From a virus, in IMG/VR virus record IMGVR_UViG_3300025195_000002: a stretch of 64,000 bases of DNA; one strand, written 5' to 3'. The position numbers and the translations under genes are program-made. Shown here piece after piece: positions 37,146 to 46,873 of the stretch. The number at the start of each line of letters is the position of its first letter. Within the stretch, counting starts at the first letter, position 1. The notes under the pieces were generated by a model that was given only the letters and a program-made list of their open reading frames with translations, was not told where the DNA came from and ran no database searches.

Positions 37146-38678
37146 GTGCCGACTCAGTATTATGCACATGTAGATGTGAAATCCCACCATGTGCGTTTCC
37201 ACACCATGATGCCTGAATGTAAGCGGGTTCTTTACGAGTTTTGTAAGAATCTAATAGACTACGATCAAGGGTACGATCCACGTACCCATAGCTATTATAA
37301 GATCCCTAAACGGGTCTTTGCAGCGTCACCACATGACCGTAGGGAACTTCGCTTTCACATCAACCACTTTAAAGAGATCCTTCAACACCTTAACGTCTTA
37401 GGGATTAAAACTGAAAATCTTAACATCCAACACTTTACACCAGTGGAAGGTAAAGATGTTGATAGTTTTGATATTCATATAACCCCTAGAGACTATCAAG
37501 AACCTGTGGTTGATCATTTCTGTAAGCCAGGATCTAGTAAGATCACTAATGCTCAAACTGGTTCAGGTAAAACTGCATGTTCTTTGTTTGCTGCTGCGTT
37601 TATGAATAAACGTACGGTATTAGTAGTTCCTGCTAAATATATTACGGAAGGTAAGTGGATAGGAGACGTTACTAATGTATTAAATGTACCTAGGGATAGA
37701 CTTTGTGTGGTGAAAGGATCTAAGGCCATGCGCAACATCATTGATCTAGGTCTGGCAGATGAGATCAATTATGATTTTATTATTATCTCTGCCACGACCA
37801 TGTATAACTTTTATAAGGCCTATGAAGAAGGTCGTATGGAAGAAGAAGGGTATAACTGCAACCCTGACGAATTATACACGGTCATTAATGCCGGTTTACG
37901 GATTATTGATGAAGTACATGAGAACTTTCATCTTAACTACATGCAGGATCTTTACGGTCATGTAGCTAAAACCATATATATGTCTGCTACGTTAGTATCA
38001 GATGATCGCTTTATTAATAGTATGTTAGAGATAGCCTATCCAGTTGGGGAGCGTATATCGCCAGAGTATGATGGTAAGTATATTGCCTGTACGGCTCTTA
38101 CATACCGTTGTGACCGTATAGACCTACTTCCACATAAGCGACGTAAGATGTACTCTCAGATGCTCTTTGAAGCTTCTATACTAAAGAAAAAGTTTAGAGC
38201 CGAAGCGTATGGGGCAATGATCTACGATATTGTTATTAATGAGTATGTAACAATACGTGAACCTGGTCAGAAAATGATGGTATTTGCTGATACCATTGAG
38301 ATGTGTACTTTTCTTTCTGATTATATTAAAACCAGATTGACAGACTTAGTGGTAAACCGATTCGTCGGTGAAGATCCGGATGAGTATTTGTATGAATCCG
38401 ATGTCGTGATCACTACTCCTAAATCAGCAGGAACGGCGGTAGACATTAAAGGACTGAAAGTTACGTTGTTGACCTCAGCGATTGGTTCTCGACAACTTAA
38501 CGCTCAGATACTTGGTAGACTTCGTAAGCTTAGAGGCTTTAAAGACAATACGCCTCGTTTCTATTATTTAGTATGTGAAGACATCGACTCCCACGTTAAA
38601 TACCACGAGCGTAAGTTAGCAACATTTGCTGATAAAGTTAAAACGCATAAGACCCTACAAACACAATATACTATTTAA
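37146..38678 (+). CDS. SF2 DEAD/DExH helicase (phiKZ gp75-like)
   Basis: AQTGSGKT, IIDEVH, MSAT and QILGRLR motifs. Confidence 0.9.
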   Translation: MPTQYYAHVDVKSHHVRFHTMMPECKRVLYEFCKNLIDYDQGYDPRTHSYYKIPKRVFAASPHDRRELRFHINHFKEILQHLNVLGIKTENLNIQHFTPVEGKDVDSFDIHITPRDYQEPVVDHFCKPGSSKITNAQTGSGKTACSLFAAAFMNKRTVLVVPAKYITEGKWIGDVTNVLNVPRDRLCVVKGSKAMRNIIDLGLADEINYDFIIISATTMYNFYKAYEEGRMEEEGYNCNPDELYTVINAGLRIIDEVHENFHLNYMQDLYGHVAKTIYMSATLVSDDRFINSMLEIAYPVGERISPEYDGKYIACTALTYRCDRIDLLPHKRRKMYSQMLFEASILKKKFRAEAYGAMIYDIVINEYVTIREPGQKMMVFADTIEMCTFLSDYIKTRLTDLVVNRFVGEDPDEYLYESDVVITTPKSAGTAVDIKGLKVTLLTSAIGSRQLNAQILGRLRKLRGFKDNTPRFYYLVCEDIDSHVKYHERKLATFADKVKTHKTLQTQYTI

Positions 38679-38689
38679 GGACAACCATC

Positions 38690-38788
38690 ATGCCAACAGT
38701 TGCATCTGATAGAGCCCAGCGTAAAGGTAAACGTTTAGACCCTAAAGTTATTGCCTTAATCAACCGTCGATTGAAAAAGCGTAATTAA
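38690..38788 (+). CDS. Small basic peptide (32 aa), unannotated
   Basis: AAGGA RBS; MPTVASDRAQRKGKRLDPKVIALINRRLKKRN*; followed by a terminator. Confidence 0.55.
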   Translation: MPTVASDRAQRKGKRLDPKVIALINRRLKKRN

Positions 38789-38803
38789 AAAACTAGCAAC
38801 ATC

Positions 38804-38834
38804 AGGTCTGCCCTATAAGGGCAGACCTATGCCC
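38804..38834 (+). terminator. Hairpin + TATGCCC element
   Basis: AGGTCTGCCC/GGGCAGACCT stem. Confidence 0.65.
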
Positions 38835-38847
38835 TTAAGGAATATTT

Positions 38848-39666
38848 ATGCTATATCAGCTAATTAATGGTGAGATGATAGGGGTGGTGGATAAAGACTT
38901 CCCTGGAGAAGATGTCTGTATAAACTCTATGACCATTAAGCATTATTTTGTTGAGACAGGTCAGATCGGTGAATTATTCACTATGCCGTACAGGGCTGGA
39001 CTTTATATGCATGTGTTTGAAGGAAGTAAGGTTATACTTAGTGAAGTCAAACACGATAACCTTCCGCCCAATATCTATAGTGCTATTACGATAGGTGAGT
39101 ATACTACTGTATTGTATATAAAAAATAATACTATACGTTATAGAAAACTAGTACTGTCTATATTTGAAAATGTCTGTGAGGTAATAGAGGATAACTATGT
39201 CTCTAAAGATTGTGCACCCTATAGACCTATTATGGAGGACTTAAATGTTATCAGGACAGCAAGATTTAACGAAGATAAAAACACTGTCACGACGTTATTC
39301 AATTATTTAGATTCTAATCGACCCGTTAAAGATTTAACGTCCATTAAACCTTATGGTTATATGTCTGTATGTAAGGTTACAGACCACGGCATTTATTACT
39401 TAGATGCTTTTAAAAAGCTAACGCTATATAAACACACTGTTGTTGTCAGCACAGATAAAGATAAAGGCGTGAGTGTTGATTTGGTTCGTGAACGTGTATG
39501 GCATAGTAACTATTCGATAGAAGATAACATGTTATCGATTGCTATACATGATGGTGGAGCGCTAATAACCTATAGGGTATTAGATAGTCAAGGTAATTTA
39601 ATTAAAAATAAAACACGTGTAGTCTATGTGAAAGGAAAAGACGTGATTGCACGAGAAACCGTTTAA
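38848..39666 (+). CDS. Hypothetical beta-rich protein (272 aa)
   Basis: AAGGA RBS; AT-rich; no motif recognised. Confidence 0.65.
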   Translation: MLYQLINGEMIGVVDKDFPGEDVCINSMTIKHYFVETGQIGELFTMPYRAGLYMHVFEGSKVILSEVKHDNLPPNIYSAITIGEYTTVLYIKNNTIRYRKLVLSIFENVCEVIEDNYVSKDCAPYRPIMEDLNVIRTARFNEDKNTVTTLFNYLDSNRPVKDLTSIKPYGYMSVCKVTDHGIYYLDAFKKLTLYKHTVVVSTDKDKGVSVDLVRERVWHSNYSIEDNMLSIAIHDGGALITYRVLDSQGNLIKNKTRVVYVKGKDVIARETV

Positions 39667-39678
39667 TGTGAGGTAGTT

Positions 39679-39990
39679 GTGATCGTTTATACCAAGGAAC
39701 AAGCTCAGGCAGAGCTTCCACCTATTAGTGATAAATCACTTTTAGATTCTGTTAATGTAGCATTATCGCTATATCTAAACAGCCATTGGTCTTTAAAAAA
39801 TAGTATTGATGCGGCGTATATTCAACACAAGCCACAATCTAAACGCTCTATTGAAAGATTAATGCGGGATGTGATTCCTGAGGAAGTATTTGTCTCTAGG
39901 TCTAATATAGGCTGGACGGCCCATAGGTCAAAATCTATATTAGAAGGCATGGCTGCTAAACGAGCTGCTAAACAAAAATGTACTATTTAA
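39679..39990 (+). CDS. Hypothetical protein (103 aa)
   Basis: GTG start after GAGGT. Confidence 0.6.
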   Translation: MIVYTKEQAQAELPPISDKSLLDSVNVALSLYLNSHWSLKNSIDAAYIQHKPQSKRSIERLMRDVIPEEVFVSRSNIGWTAHRSKSILEGMAAKRAAKQKCTI

Positions 39991-40039
39991 CGCATAAAAG
40001 GAGAGGGCTAGACCCTCTCCTTATGTCTTTTCTTTTTTA
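39991..40039. terminator. Bidirectional CGCATA-hairpin-TATGTC element
   Basis: GGAGAGGG/CCCTCTCC stem between convergent genes. Confidence 0.65.
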
Positions 40040-40046
40040 TCTCGAA

Positions 40047-40457
40047 TCAACCAAACAGCTTACCTAATAGCATCTTTAATGCAACCATTAGGATGTTATT
40101 TCTGTAGTAACCCTTTAAGATGTGCTCTACATCATCTTTTTCGATCCATTGACGACTCCAGTTATCAATGAACATATCCTGATATTCTAAGATGAGATGA
40201 CCTTGAAGATCCTTCCCCGCAAGACAATACCAAAATCGTGCCTTAAATACCAAAATCCCTGTCCAGAACTTCCAAAGACTTTCATCACACACATACCACC
40301 ATACAGTAGTAGCGTAATCATCGCAGTCACCATGGAACTTTCCATTCTTGTCTTCTTTCATAATGCGCCAGCTATCGACTTTCTTATCTGACTTATAGAC
40401 AAAACGATGTTGTAAATTCTCTATCTTGCGGCGTGCCTCAGCGCTTATTGTAGGCAT
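40047..40457 (-). CDS. Transglutaminase-like cysteine protease (BTLCP/LapG-like)
   Basis: GDCDDYA ... GHLIL ... FIDN gives a Cys-His-Asp triad. Confidence 0.6.
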   Translation of the reverse strand: MPTISAEARRKIENLQHRFVYKSDKKVDSWRIMKEDKNGKFHGDCDDYATTVWWYVCDESLWKFWTGILVFKARFWYCLAGKDLQGHLILEYQDMFIDNWSRQWIEKDDVEHILKGYYRNNILMVALKMLLGKLFG

Positions 40458-40482
40458 GTTTGTTTCCTCACATTTAGGTTAT

Positions 40483-41598
40483 TTATTTAACCTTAGTAGA
40501 TTTCTCAACGATATCTAACATATTGCTAGCTATTCGATTATAGAGATTCATCATATTAAGTGATGGCTGCTGGGCGTTGGTCAATATAAATTGCAGATAG
40601 TTACCAACTTTCTTCTTATCTTTAAAATTATCAAACACGCTGCTCAATACAAGATCTAACAAGGTCTTATCGCTAAATGCCATCAAGGGAGCCATGCCCT
40701 TGCTGCTTAATTTATTGATTTGTTCTTGAAACTCTTTAAGTTTAATCTGACTGTCAACAATGCTATCAATGATTTCCATGCATGTCTTTTTATCTAAAGA
40801 TTGCATTTCTACCACCTTTGAGGCGGGCTGATCATTGGCAATGCCCATTTTAAAGACACCGACATCAACACCCATAACACTATAATTGTTATCATTGTAG
40901 TAGATAGAGCGGCTATTACTTAACAGAGGAGTGGCGTCACGATAACCGTTCATGGTGAACTCATACTTGTCCGTCATTAGCTTATGCAGAGGGCTGTTCA
41001 TCAGCAATGATGCCGACTTACCAAACTCATCAAAGAAAGGTTTAAGTTCTTTTGTTCTCAAGCCACCAATAGCCGTTTGTACAGCCGCACCACCAAGTAA
41101 TACCAACTTGTCTAGAAGTTCACCAAAATCGATCTTATCGACTATGTAAAATCCTGCATCGACAGCAACCGAGGTATGTTTCATACAGGTATCCAAAACT
41201 TCGTTGACGTGTTTCCATTGCACAAGAAGGTCGCTAGAAGACATCTCTCCTGGAAGGAGGAACTTCATTTGAGTTTTAACAGCTATGGTACCGGAGGTAT
41301 CCAGATTCTTTACTTTGTCTTTTAATTTATTGGCCCTCGCTATCTGACCGTTAAGGTTCTTAGACGTGGATTTAAAAGCGGTACTTGTCTGATCTTTTAT
41401 ATTCTTAAGGCCCTCGATGAATCCTTCTTGCGACACGCTATCGTAGTCAATGGATTCTAACGCCAACTATGCTTCTAACATTCCATCAATGACTTCATTG
41501 ATATCATCAGTATTTACCGCTTCGTTTTCATTTTCTAACGAAGCACCTAAGTTGCTGTTAGCATTGTGTTGTTTTATTGCTATGGCTATGTGTTTCAT
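40483..41598 (-). pseudogene. Internal head protein gene with an in-frame TAG at codon 44 (41467-41469)
   Basis: ATG 41598 after AGGA; MKHIA...GASLE...GMLEA*LALES...SQEGFIE is continuous in frame with the 327-aa ORF; S/A/G-x-E prohead protease motifs on both sides. Confidence 0.6.
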
Positions 41599-41612
41599 TA
41601 CTTAGTTCCTAT

Positions 41613-41921
41613 TTAATTTAAAGTTAATTTTAATTCAACATAAATACCAGGTTTATGGCTTGGTATTTGTCGTATCCAACACAAATCTTTAGCACCCAAT
41701 ACAGTGGCGATTGTGAGTGAGTTTTCATTAAGCAATTCAGATATTAAACTACTTATATAGAATTGATCCCTCACAACGATCCAACGATTGACTTGAAGAG
41801 TAACAATCTCAGTAAGCGTACCAATAGCATTTGTTCTAAAATCTAGGCGTTCTAAAACTTGCTTGTGTTTGCGCTCCGTAGCCTTAGCACCACAGAGCTC
41901 GTAGTGTAACTCAATCTTCAT
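41613..41921 (-). CDS. Hypothetical protein (102 aa)
   Basis: Co-directional ORF between the vRNAP subunit and the head gene. Confidence 0.55.
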   Translation of the reverse strand: MKIELHYELCGAKATERKHKQVLERLDFRTNAIGTLTEIVTLQVNRWIVVRDQFYISSLISELLNENSLTIATVLGAKDLCWIRQIPSHKPGIYVELKLTLN

Positions 41922-41936
41922 TTCTCTATAATTCCG

Positions 41937-43202
41937 TTATTGGATAAAATCAAGTCCTTGAAGCGCTTCTGTGTTAATATTAGACGCGTGAAATTTTGAA
42001 AGGAACAAGGAAAGAAAGGCACTTCCTGTTGCAGATGCTAGAAGTGAAAGTGCTTTATCGTTATCAGCAATAGCATCCCCCATACATACTTTACAGTAAT
42101 CAGTAAAGGGTACCTTACACGCCATCGGGCTTCTCATTAAAAGTGTCTTCCCAACACTATTTTTCAACACGGCTTTCGTCAACGGTTTGCTAGGATCAGA
42201 CACTAAACGTCGACCAATAAACTCACGGTAGTTCATCTCATTGATAGCCATAGGCATACCAACCTTATCTTTGCAGTCATCTTCGGAGATAAAGCTGTTC
42301 TGGAAGACCCGGGTAATAGTCTTCACCGCCTCACCACCCAGCGCAGTCTGTGTAGACCGTGCATAGGAGCCATCACGTAGAGAGTTGATCAGTGCTGGAA
42401 GATCGTCTACATTCCAACCGTCCTGTAGAGAACGGGGAATAACTTCAATTTTAGAGGGGTCTTCAAATGACGCCTCACCACCATGCATGATGTATGCCTG
42501 CTTACGAGTTACGTTAAAAGCCTTTGCTGACTTATAGAACCCTGACGATGGGTCGTCTTTAATGTACTCTCTGTCCATATCGATGAGTTCTTTCTCTATC
42601 TTAGCAATAACTGCAGGATTATTTAACTCATCTTTGTGTTCTTTTAATAACTGATCACGTCGTTTAATAATAGCAGGGTTAGTGGTGACGGATTTCTCAG
42701 AAGCCGATGGTACCCACAAGCTTGTCAGACTTGACATGAAGTACAGCTGCTTGAAATAAACAGATACTTCTTCAGCGGTAATATCGTCCGCCTTTAAGGC
42801 AACAGCAATCTGATCCCCGATTTTACTTGCTTTTATTTCATCGTTAATAAAAGGAAAGATGTCACCAAATGGATAAGAAAGCATCATCGCATTGGCTAAA
42901 GCTCTACCTACCGTTGTTTCAACCCCACCCTTAATGTTAGCCAAATCACCTTTAACTAATTTGCAGGGATCCTTAGGATTTAATAACGACGCGCCTTGCT
43001 TATAGCCCACGATAGGACCTTGATAGTTACCATCTTCTCCAACGTAATGAAGTTTGTCATCCACTAACGCCAGTTCCCCAACATACATCTCACCGCGAGG
43101 TTTAGGTGTAAAGATACCAAAGACGCTTAGATGCCAGTGTTTCTGTATGAACGCATTGTTTTTTAAGGCAAATGCGAAATAACCATTAATGTCAATACTC
43201 AT
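41937..43202 (-). CDS. Virion RNAP beta' subunit fragment (phiKZ gp80-like)
   Basis: DGSYARSTQTALGGE, ISEDDC and LLMRSPMAC..YCKVCMG Zn-binding beta' motifs. Confidence 0.88.
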   Translation of the reverse strand: MSIDINGYFAFALKNNAFIQKHWHLSVFGIFTPKPRGEMYVGELALVDDKLHYVGEDGNYQGPIVGYKQGASLLNPKDPCKLVKGDLANIKGGVETTVGRALANAMMLSYPFGDIFPFINDEIKASKIGDQIAVALKADDITAEEVSVYFKQLYFMSSLTSLWVPSASEKSVTTNPAIIKRRDQLLKEHKDELNNPAVIAKIEKELIDMDREYIKDDPSSGFYKSAKAFNVTRKQAYIMHGGEASFEDPSKIEVIPRSLQDGWNVDDLPALINSLRDGSYARSTQTALGGEAVKTITRVFQNSFISEDDCKDKVGMPMAINEMNYREFIGRRLVSDPSKPLTKAVLKNSVGKTLLMRSPMACKVPFTDYCKVCMGDAIADNDKALSLLASATGSAFLSLFLSKFHASNINTEALQGLDFIQ

Positions 43203-44056
43203 TATAAGTGTCCGGCGTATACAGTTTGTTTAAGTTCTACAATAATCGCTTGTGCAAGTATTTCATCGCCAAGTTGACTATTAATGAATTGAGCGAGAGT
43301 TTCAGCCAGAATATGATCAGCCGTATTACTAATAATGACACAACCATACATCAACAATGCAAGGTTTTTAATATCATTACTTGCTATCAGGTCTTCTACA
43401 TCACTATCAACATGCAGCCACAGTGTCTCTAAAGGAAGACCAAAATCAATACCACGGGCTAGCATTGCTTTAATAGGATTGTTGTCAATCTTGGATAATG
43501 GACTTTCCTGATAACGCACTCTAGCCATCTCACGTGCTGAATCAGTAACGATAGAGATACCTTCTACTTTCCCCTCTACAATTTCCCAAAGACGATCAAT
43601 TAATGCATCATCTACAGAGTCAACAACTTCTAATACATTAGAAAAGGTTACTGCTGCGCCTTGAGTGTGGAATGCCTCTAAAAGCATGGCTACCGCGATG
43701 ACATTATCGTCGCTCGATTCTAACGTTTCAATAATGATCTGGGGTTCATCACTTTGACCTACTAAATAAAGTGTTTCAAGTAATGCAAGATAGGTTAGGG
43801 GTTGAGGTGACTGCTCGTCATCAATAACCACCCCATGGGTTGCCAGGAGATTGATAAGGTATTCATGATAAATGACTGTGACTTCGTCGATAAGAAATCC
43901 AGTATTATGTTGGTTGTTAGATAAGACAAATGAATCAACCGTTTCAACAAACCCCTGAACCTGCATGTCAAAGAAAAGTTGATTACAGCCAGTGTAAAAT
44001 ACCTGGCGTGTTTCAGGTAGCGTAGCGATGAGTGCGTCGGCGTCAGTTATATACAT
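43202..44056 (-). CDS. Conserved acidic protein (phiKZ gp79-like)
   Basis: Likely ATG 44056 after AAGGG; coupled to the gp80-like gene. Confidence 0.65.
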   Translation of the reverse strand: MYITDADALIATLPETRQVFYTGCNQLFFDMQVQGFVETVDSFVLSNNQHNTGFLIDEVTVIYHEYLINLLATHGVVIDDEQSPQPLTYLALLETLYLVGQSDEPQIIIETLESSDDNVIAVAMLLEAFHTQGAAVTFSNVLEVVDSVDDALIDRLWEIVEGKVEGISIVTDSAREMARVRYQESPLSKIDNNPIKAMLARGIDFGLPLETLWLHVDSDVEDLIASNDIKNLALLMYGCVIISNTADHILAETLAQFINSQLGDEILAQAIIVELKQTVYAGHL

Positions 44057-44157
44057 GGAACTACCCTTATTAATTTTTTGATACGTTAAGTTATACGGCA
44101 TCCCGTAATCCTACAAGACGTGTAATTCATATTTTATTGGACAGGAATATAAATAAA

Positions 44158-44733
44158 ATGGCCAAATCACCTAGAAAGTCAAAGAAATCCCCTGCTACTA
44201 AGAAGACGTCACCTATCGCTGACGCATGGGGTGAGCTTCGTAATCTGAGTAACGCTGCCGCTGGAATGTTGTCTTCGGCTTCTCAGGTATCTGCTCTGTT
44301 TAAAAATCCTGAAGCCCTTAAAAAGGTGCAGGATAAGCAGAAGCTAAATGCATTAGGTCGTGTCTTACTTAATGACTTGACTAATTTCAATACTCGTTTA
44401 ACAGCAATCAAAGATCGCCATATTAATCAACCACCACCAAAAGATGATGGCGATGCTGCAATTATTGCGATTGAAATCGGTCAAGATTATCAGCAGTGGA
44501 TGGAGGACTATAATACAGTTATTCCAATTACGACAGCACAGATACTTGAACTTACCGAGGGACGTTCTGCTGAAGAAGTAGAAGCTAACGCAGCAGTAGC
44601 AAAGGCTGAAATAGAAAAACAGCAGGCATCGGCCCCAGGCCCTACTAAAATGAAACAAACACGCGTTAAACCAGCAACTACGCCTAAGAAAACTTTAGAT
44701 CTAATGGCGTTGGCAAGAGGGAAGAAGAAATGA
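44158..44733 (+). CDS. Hypothetical helical protein with basic ends
   Basis: Likely ATG 44158 after AGGA; ATGA overlap with the next gene. Confidence 0.65.
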   Translation: MAKSPRKSKKSPATKKTSPIADAWGELRNLSNAAAGMLSSASQVSALFKNPEALKKVQDKQKLNALGRVLLNDLTNFNTRLTAIKDRHINQPPPKDDGDAAIIAIEIGQDYQQWMEDYNTVIPITTAQILELTEGRSAEEVEANAAVAKAEIEKQQASAPGPTKMKQTRVKPATTPKKTLDLMALARGKKK

Positions 44734-46301
44734 GCGGTAATGAGAACGACTCTAGTAACCATGAACCCCGTACGCGGGTCTCAGACCATTACGACCAACA
44801 TGAGTTGGAGAATGCCGGCTATAGACCTGACGAGGGTAGCGGTGAGGAAGTATCAGAGAAGCATCCGCCTAATTTCGCTCAATCCGGGGACTATAGCAAT
44901 CCTTTAGATGAAAGTAAGAACACGGATATTCCTTTAGCATTACCTAGTGCTAATATGTCTAACCTGTTAGATACATTGTCTAATATGGCAAAGGTTCAAC
45001 TTTCATCAGACTCAGCTAAACTTTGGAGCGAGACATTAGAATATAGTGCTAGCATGGATATCATGCCCTATTCTAAAATGTTCAGCAAACCATTATTTGA
45101 AGAACGTTTAGCGTCCGAAGCTTCTGATTTTAGACAATACGTTGAGAGTGATTCTGGTCGACTTAGTGCAGTTAAGCCTAAGATTGCCAAAACAGCCCCC
45201 GGTGGTACGGTGTCAGGTGAAGCAGCCTTATTAAAGGTTAACTCTATGTTGACCATGGGTACCAGCGTTCAAATACCACTCTGGCATTCCGGTTTCTGGG
45301 TAAGTATCAAAGCACCTTCAGAAGGGGCGTTAATTGAACTTGATGAACGTATTGCTTTGGAGAAGGGTAAACTGGGACGCAATACGCGCGGCACTGCCTT
45401 TAGTCACTCGGGTGTTTATATCCGTGGTCATCTGTTTAATTTCATCATCGACCATATCTACGACTGTAATGTTAAAGATTGGAACGAGCAGATGTTACGT
45501 GAAAACATCCTGGCAACTGATATGGCTATTTTAACCTGGGGGCTAAGTTGTGCTATTTACCCTAAAGGTTATCCGTTTACCCGAGCTTGTGTTTCTAACG
45601 TAAGTGAATGTCAGCACGTAATAAAGGAAACGTTAAACATTCCTAAGTTACTGTGGACTGACAATAACGCTATGTCAGATAAACAAAAGACACATATGGC
45701 ACAGCGCTCATCTAAGGTTACTTTGGACCGGGTAACGTGGTATCAGGAAGAATTCACACATCCTAAGTCTACTAACTTGCGTGTTAACGATGCCGTCGCT
45801 ATGGATCTTCGTGTTCCTTCTATGCTTGAAACTATCAGCGCTGGTGTCCAGTGGGCGGAAGACATCGAACAGATGACTGAGGCTGGGTTAGGTAAAGACA
45901 TCAAATATGAAAAACGTGCTCGATATATGGATGAGCAAAGTAAACTTATCATGTTACGCCGATACTCGCACTGGGTGAAGCGTTTTATCATTGGTGATGA
46001 TGATGATGTAGCAGTAGTAGCTGAAAATGATCGTGAAACAATTGATAAGGTCTGTGAACAGCTTTCTGCTGATACGGATACTATTCGTACATTTCGTGAT
46101 CATGTCCAGACGTTTATTGACAACGCCGCATTTAGCATTGTAGGTATTCCAACTTACACCTGCCCGTCTTGTGGTGGTGAGCAACAAGACGTCTATGGTC
46201 GTAGTCCTTACATCATCCCACTTGAGATTGAGCAACTTTTTATTATCCTCGTAGCGTTCAAACGGAGCAAGAGGATAAACGAGCGCAGCGAGGTCGATTA
46301 A
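44730..46301 (+). CDS. Putative baseplate hub assembly protein (T4 gp26-like)
   Basis: 523 aa; IPLWHSGFWV..; C-terminal CPSCG Zn-knuckle; followed by a gp51-like ORF. Confidence 0.5.
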   Translation: MSGNENDSSNHEPRTRVSDHYDQHELENAGYRPDEGSGEEVSEKHPPNFAQSGDYSNPLDESKNTDIPLALPSANMSNLLDTLSNMAKVQLSSDSAKLWSETLEYSASMDIMPYSKMFSKPLFEERLASEASDFRQYVESDSGRLSAVKPKIAKTAPGGTVSGEAALLKVNSMLTMGTSVQIPLWHSGFWVSIKAPSEGALIELDERIALEKGKLGRNTRGTAFSHSGVYIRGHLFNFIIDHIYDCNVKDWNEQMLRENILATDMAILTWGLSCAIYPKGYPFTRACVSNVSECQHVIKETLNIPKLLWTDNNAMSDKQKTHMAQRSSKVTLDRVTWYQEEFTHPKSTNLRVNDAVAMDLRVPSMLETISAGVQWAEDIEQMTEAGLGKDIKYEKRARYMDEQSKLIMLRRYSHWVKRFIIGDDDDVAVVAENDRETIDKVCEQLSADTDTIRTFRDHVQTFIDNAAFSIVGIPTYTCPSCGGEQQDVYGRSPYIIPLEIEQLFIILVAFKRSKRINERSEVD

Positions 46302-46348
46302 TATCGCCCCGATTTGGGCTCGAAAAGGAACAATCAAAAGATTCTGCC

Positions 46349-46774
46349 TTGAACCAAGCAATGGTAACCCTTCCACCTTTAGATAGCATTGGCGCGCAAA
46401 TAGCGTTATCAGAGGCGTATGACCACACTTATGGGATCTTTAATTACGATAGTGCACAGTACAATCCATTAAGTATTGTTGCCATGCATCCTATTGAAGA
46501 CACATTAAAGGTAGGTCTGCGTCCTTTTATTATCAAACGCTTTCGCATCTATGATATTCAGAAGCGGTATGGGTTATCATTAACTGAGTTACTTGCTTTA
46601 CCTCGTGACATGGTTACTGATATTTTTGATGACGCAGCAAAAGCTATTACTGAAGAAGAAGAGCAGATGCAGCAGATTCAAGAAGAAATGAAAGAAGCGG
46701 TAGCTGAACAAAAGGCGGCAAAACGAAAGTCCATGCGGGCTCAGAAAATCAGAGGAAAGTTAAAGAAGAAGTAG
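46349..46774 (+). CDS. Putative T4 gp51-like baseplate hub assembly factor
   Basis: YDIQKRYGLSLTELLALPRDM resembles the gp51 YSLxEIxxMxP pattern; start may be ATG 46361. Confidence 0.45.
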   Translation: MNQAMVTLPPLDSIGAQIALSEAYDHTYGIFNYDSAQYNPLSIVAMHPIEDTLKVGLRPFIIKRFRIYDIQKRYGLSLTELLALPRDMVTDIFDDAAKAITEEEEQMQQIQEEMKEAVAEQKAAKRKSMRAQKIRGKLKKK

Positions 46775-46801
46775 AAGGGGGGTAGACCCCCTTCTATGCC
46801 G
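46772..46801 (+). terminator. Hairpin + TATGCCG element
   Basis: TAGAAGGGGG/CCCCCTTCTA stem; TATGCCG at 46795-46801. Confidence 0.68.
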
Positions 46802-46873
46802 TATAAGTTACCTTTTACAGAATCAAGAAACCCTATAGATTCTTAATCCGAATTAAAATAAAAAAGGATTACA

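Noticed and set aside
31911-38988. TATGCCG at 31911 and 38982
   Set aside because: Inside coding sequence with no adjacent hairpin; consistent with chance background.
41467-41469. Genome-wide TAG recoding (code 15-like)
   Set aside because: Many intact genes end in TAG followed by terminators or new genes. Only one internal TAG was found.
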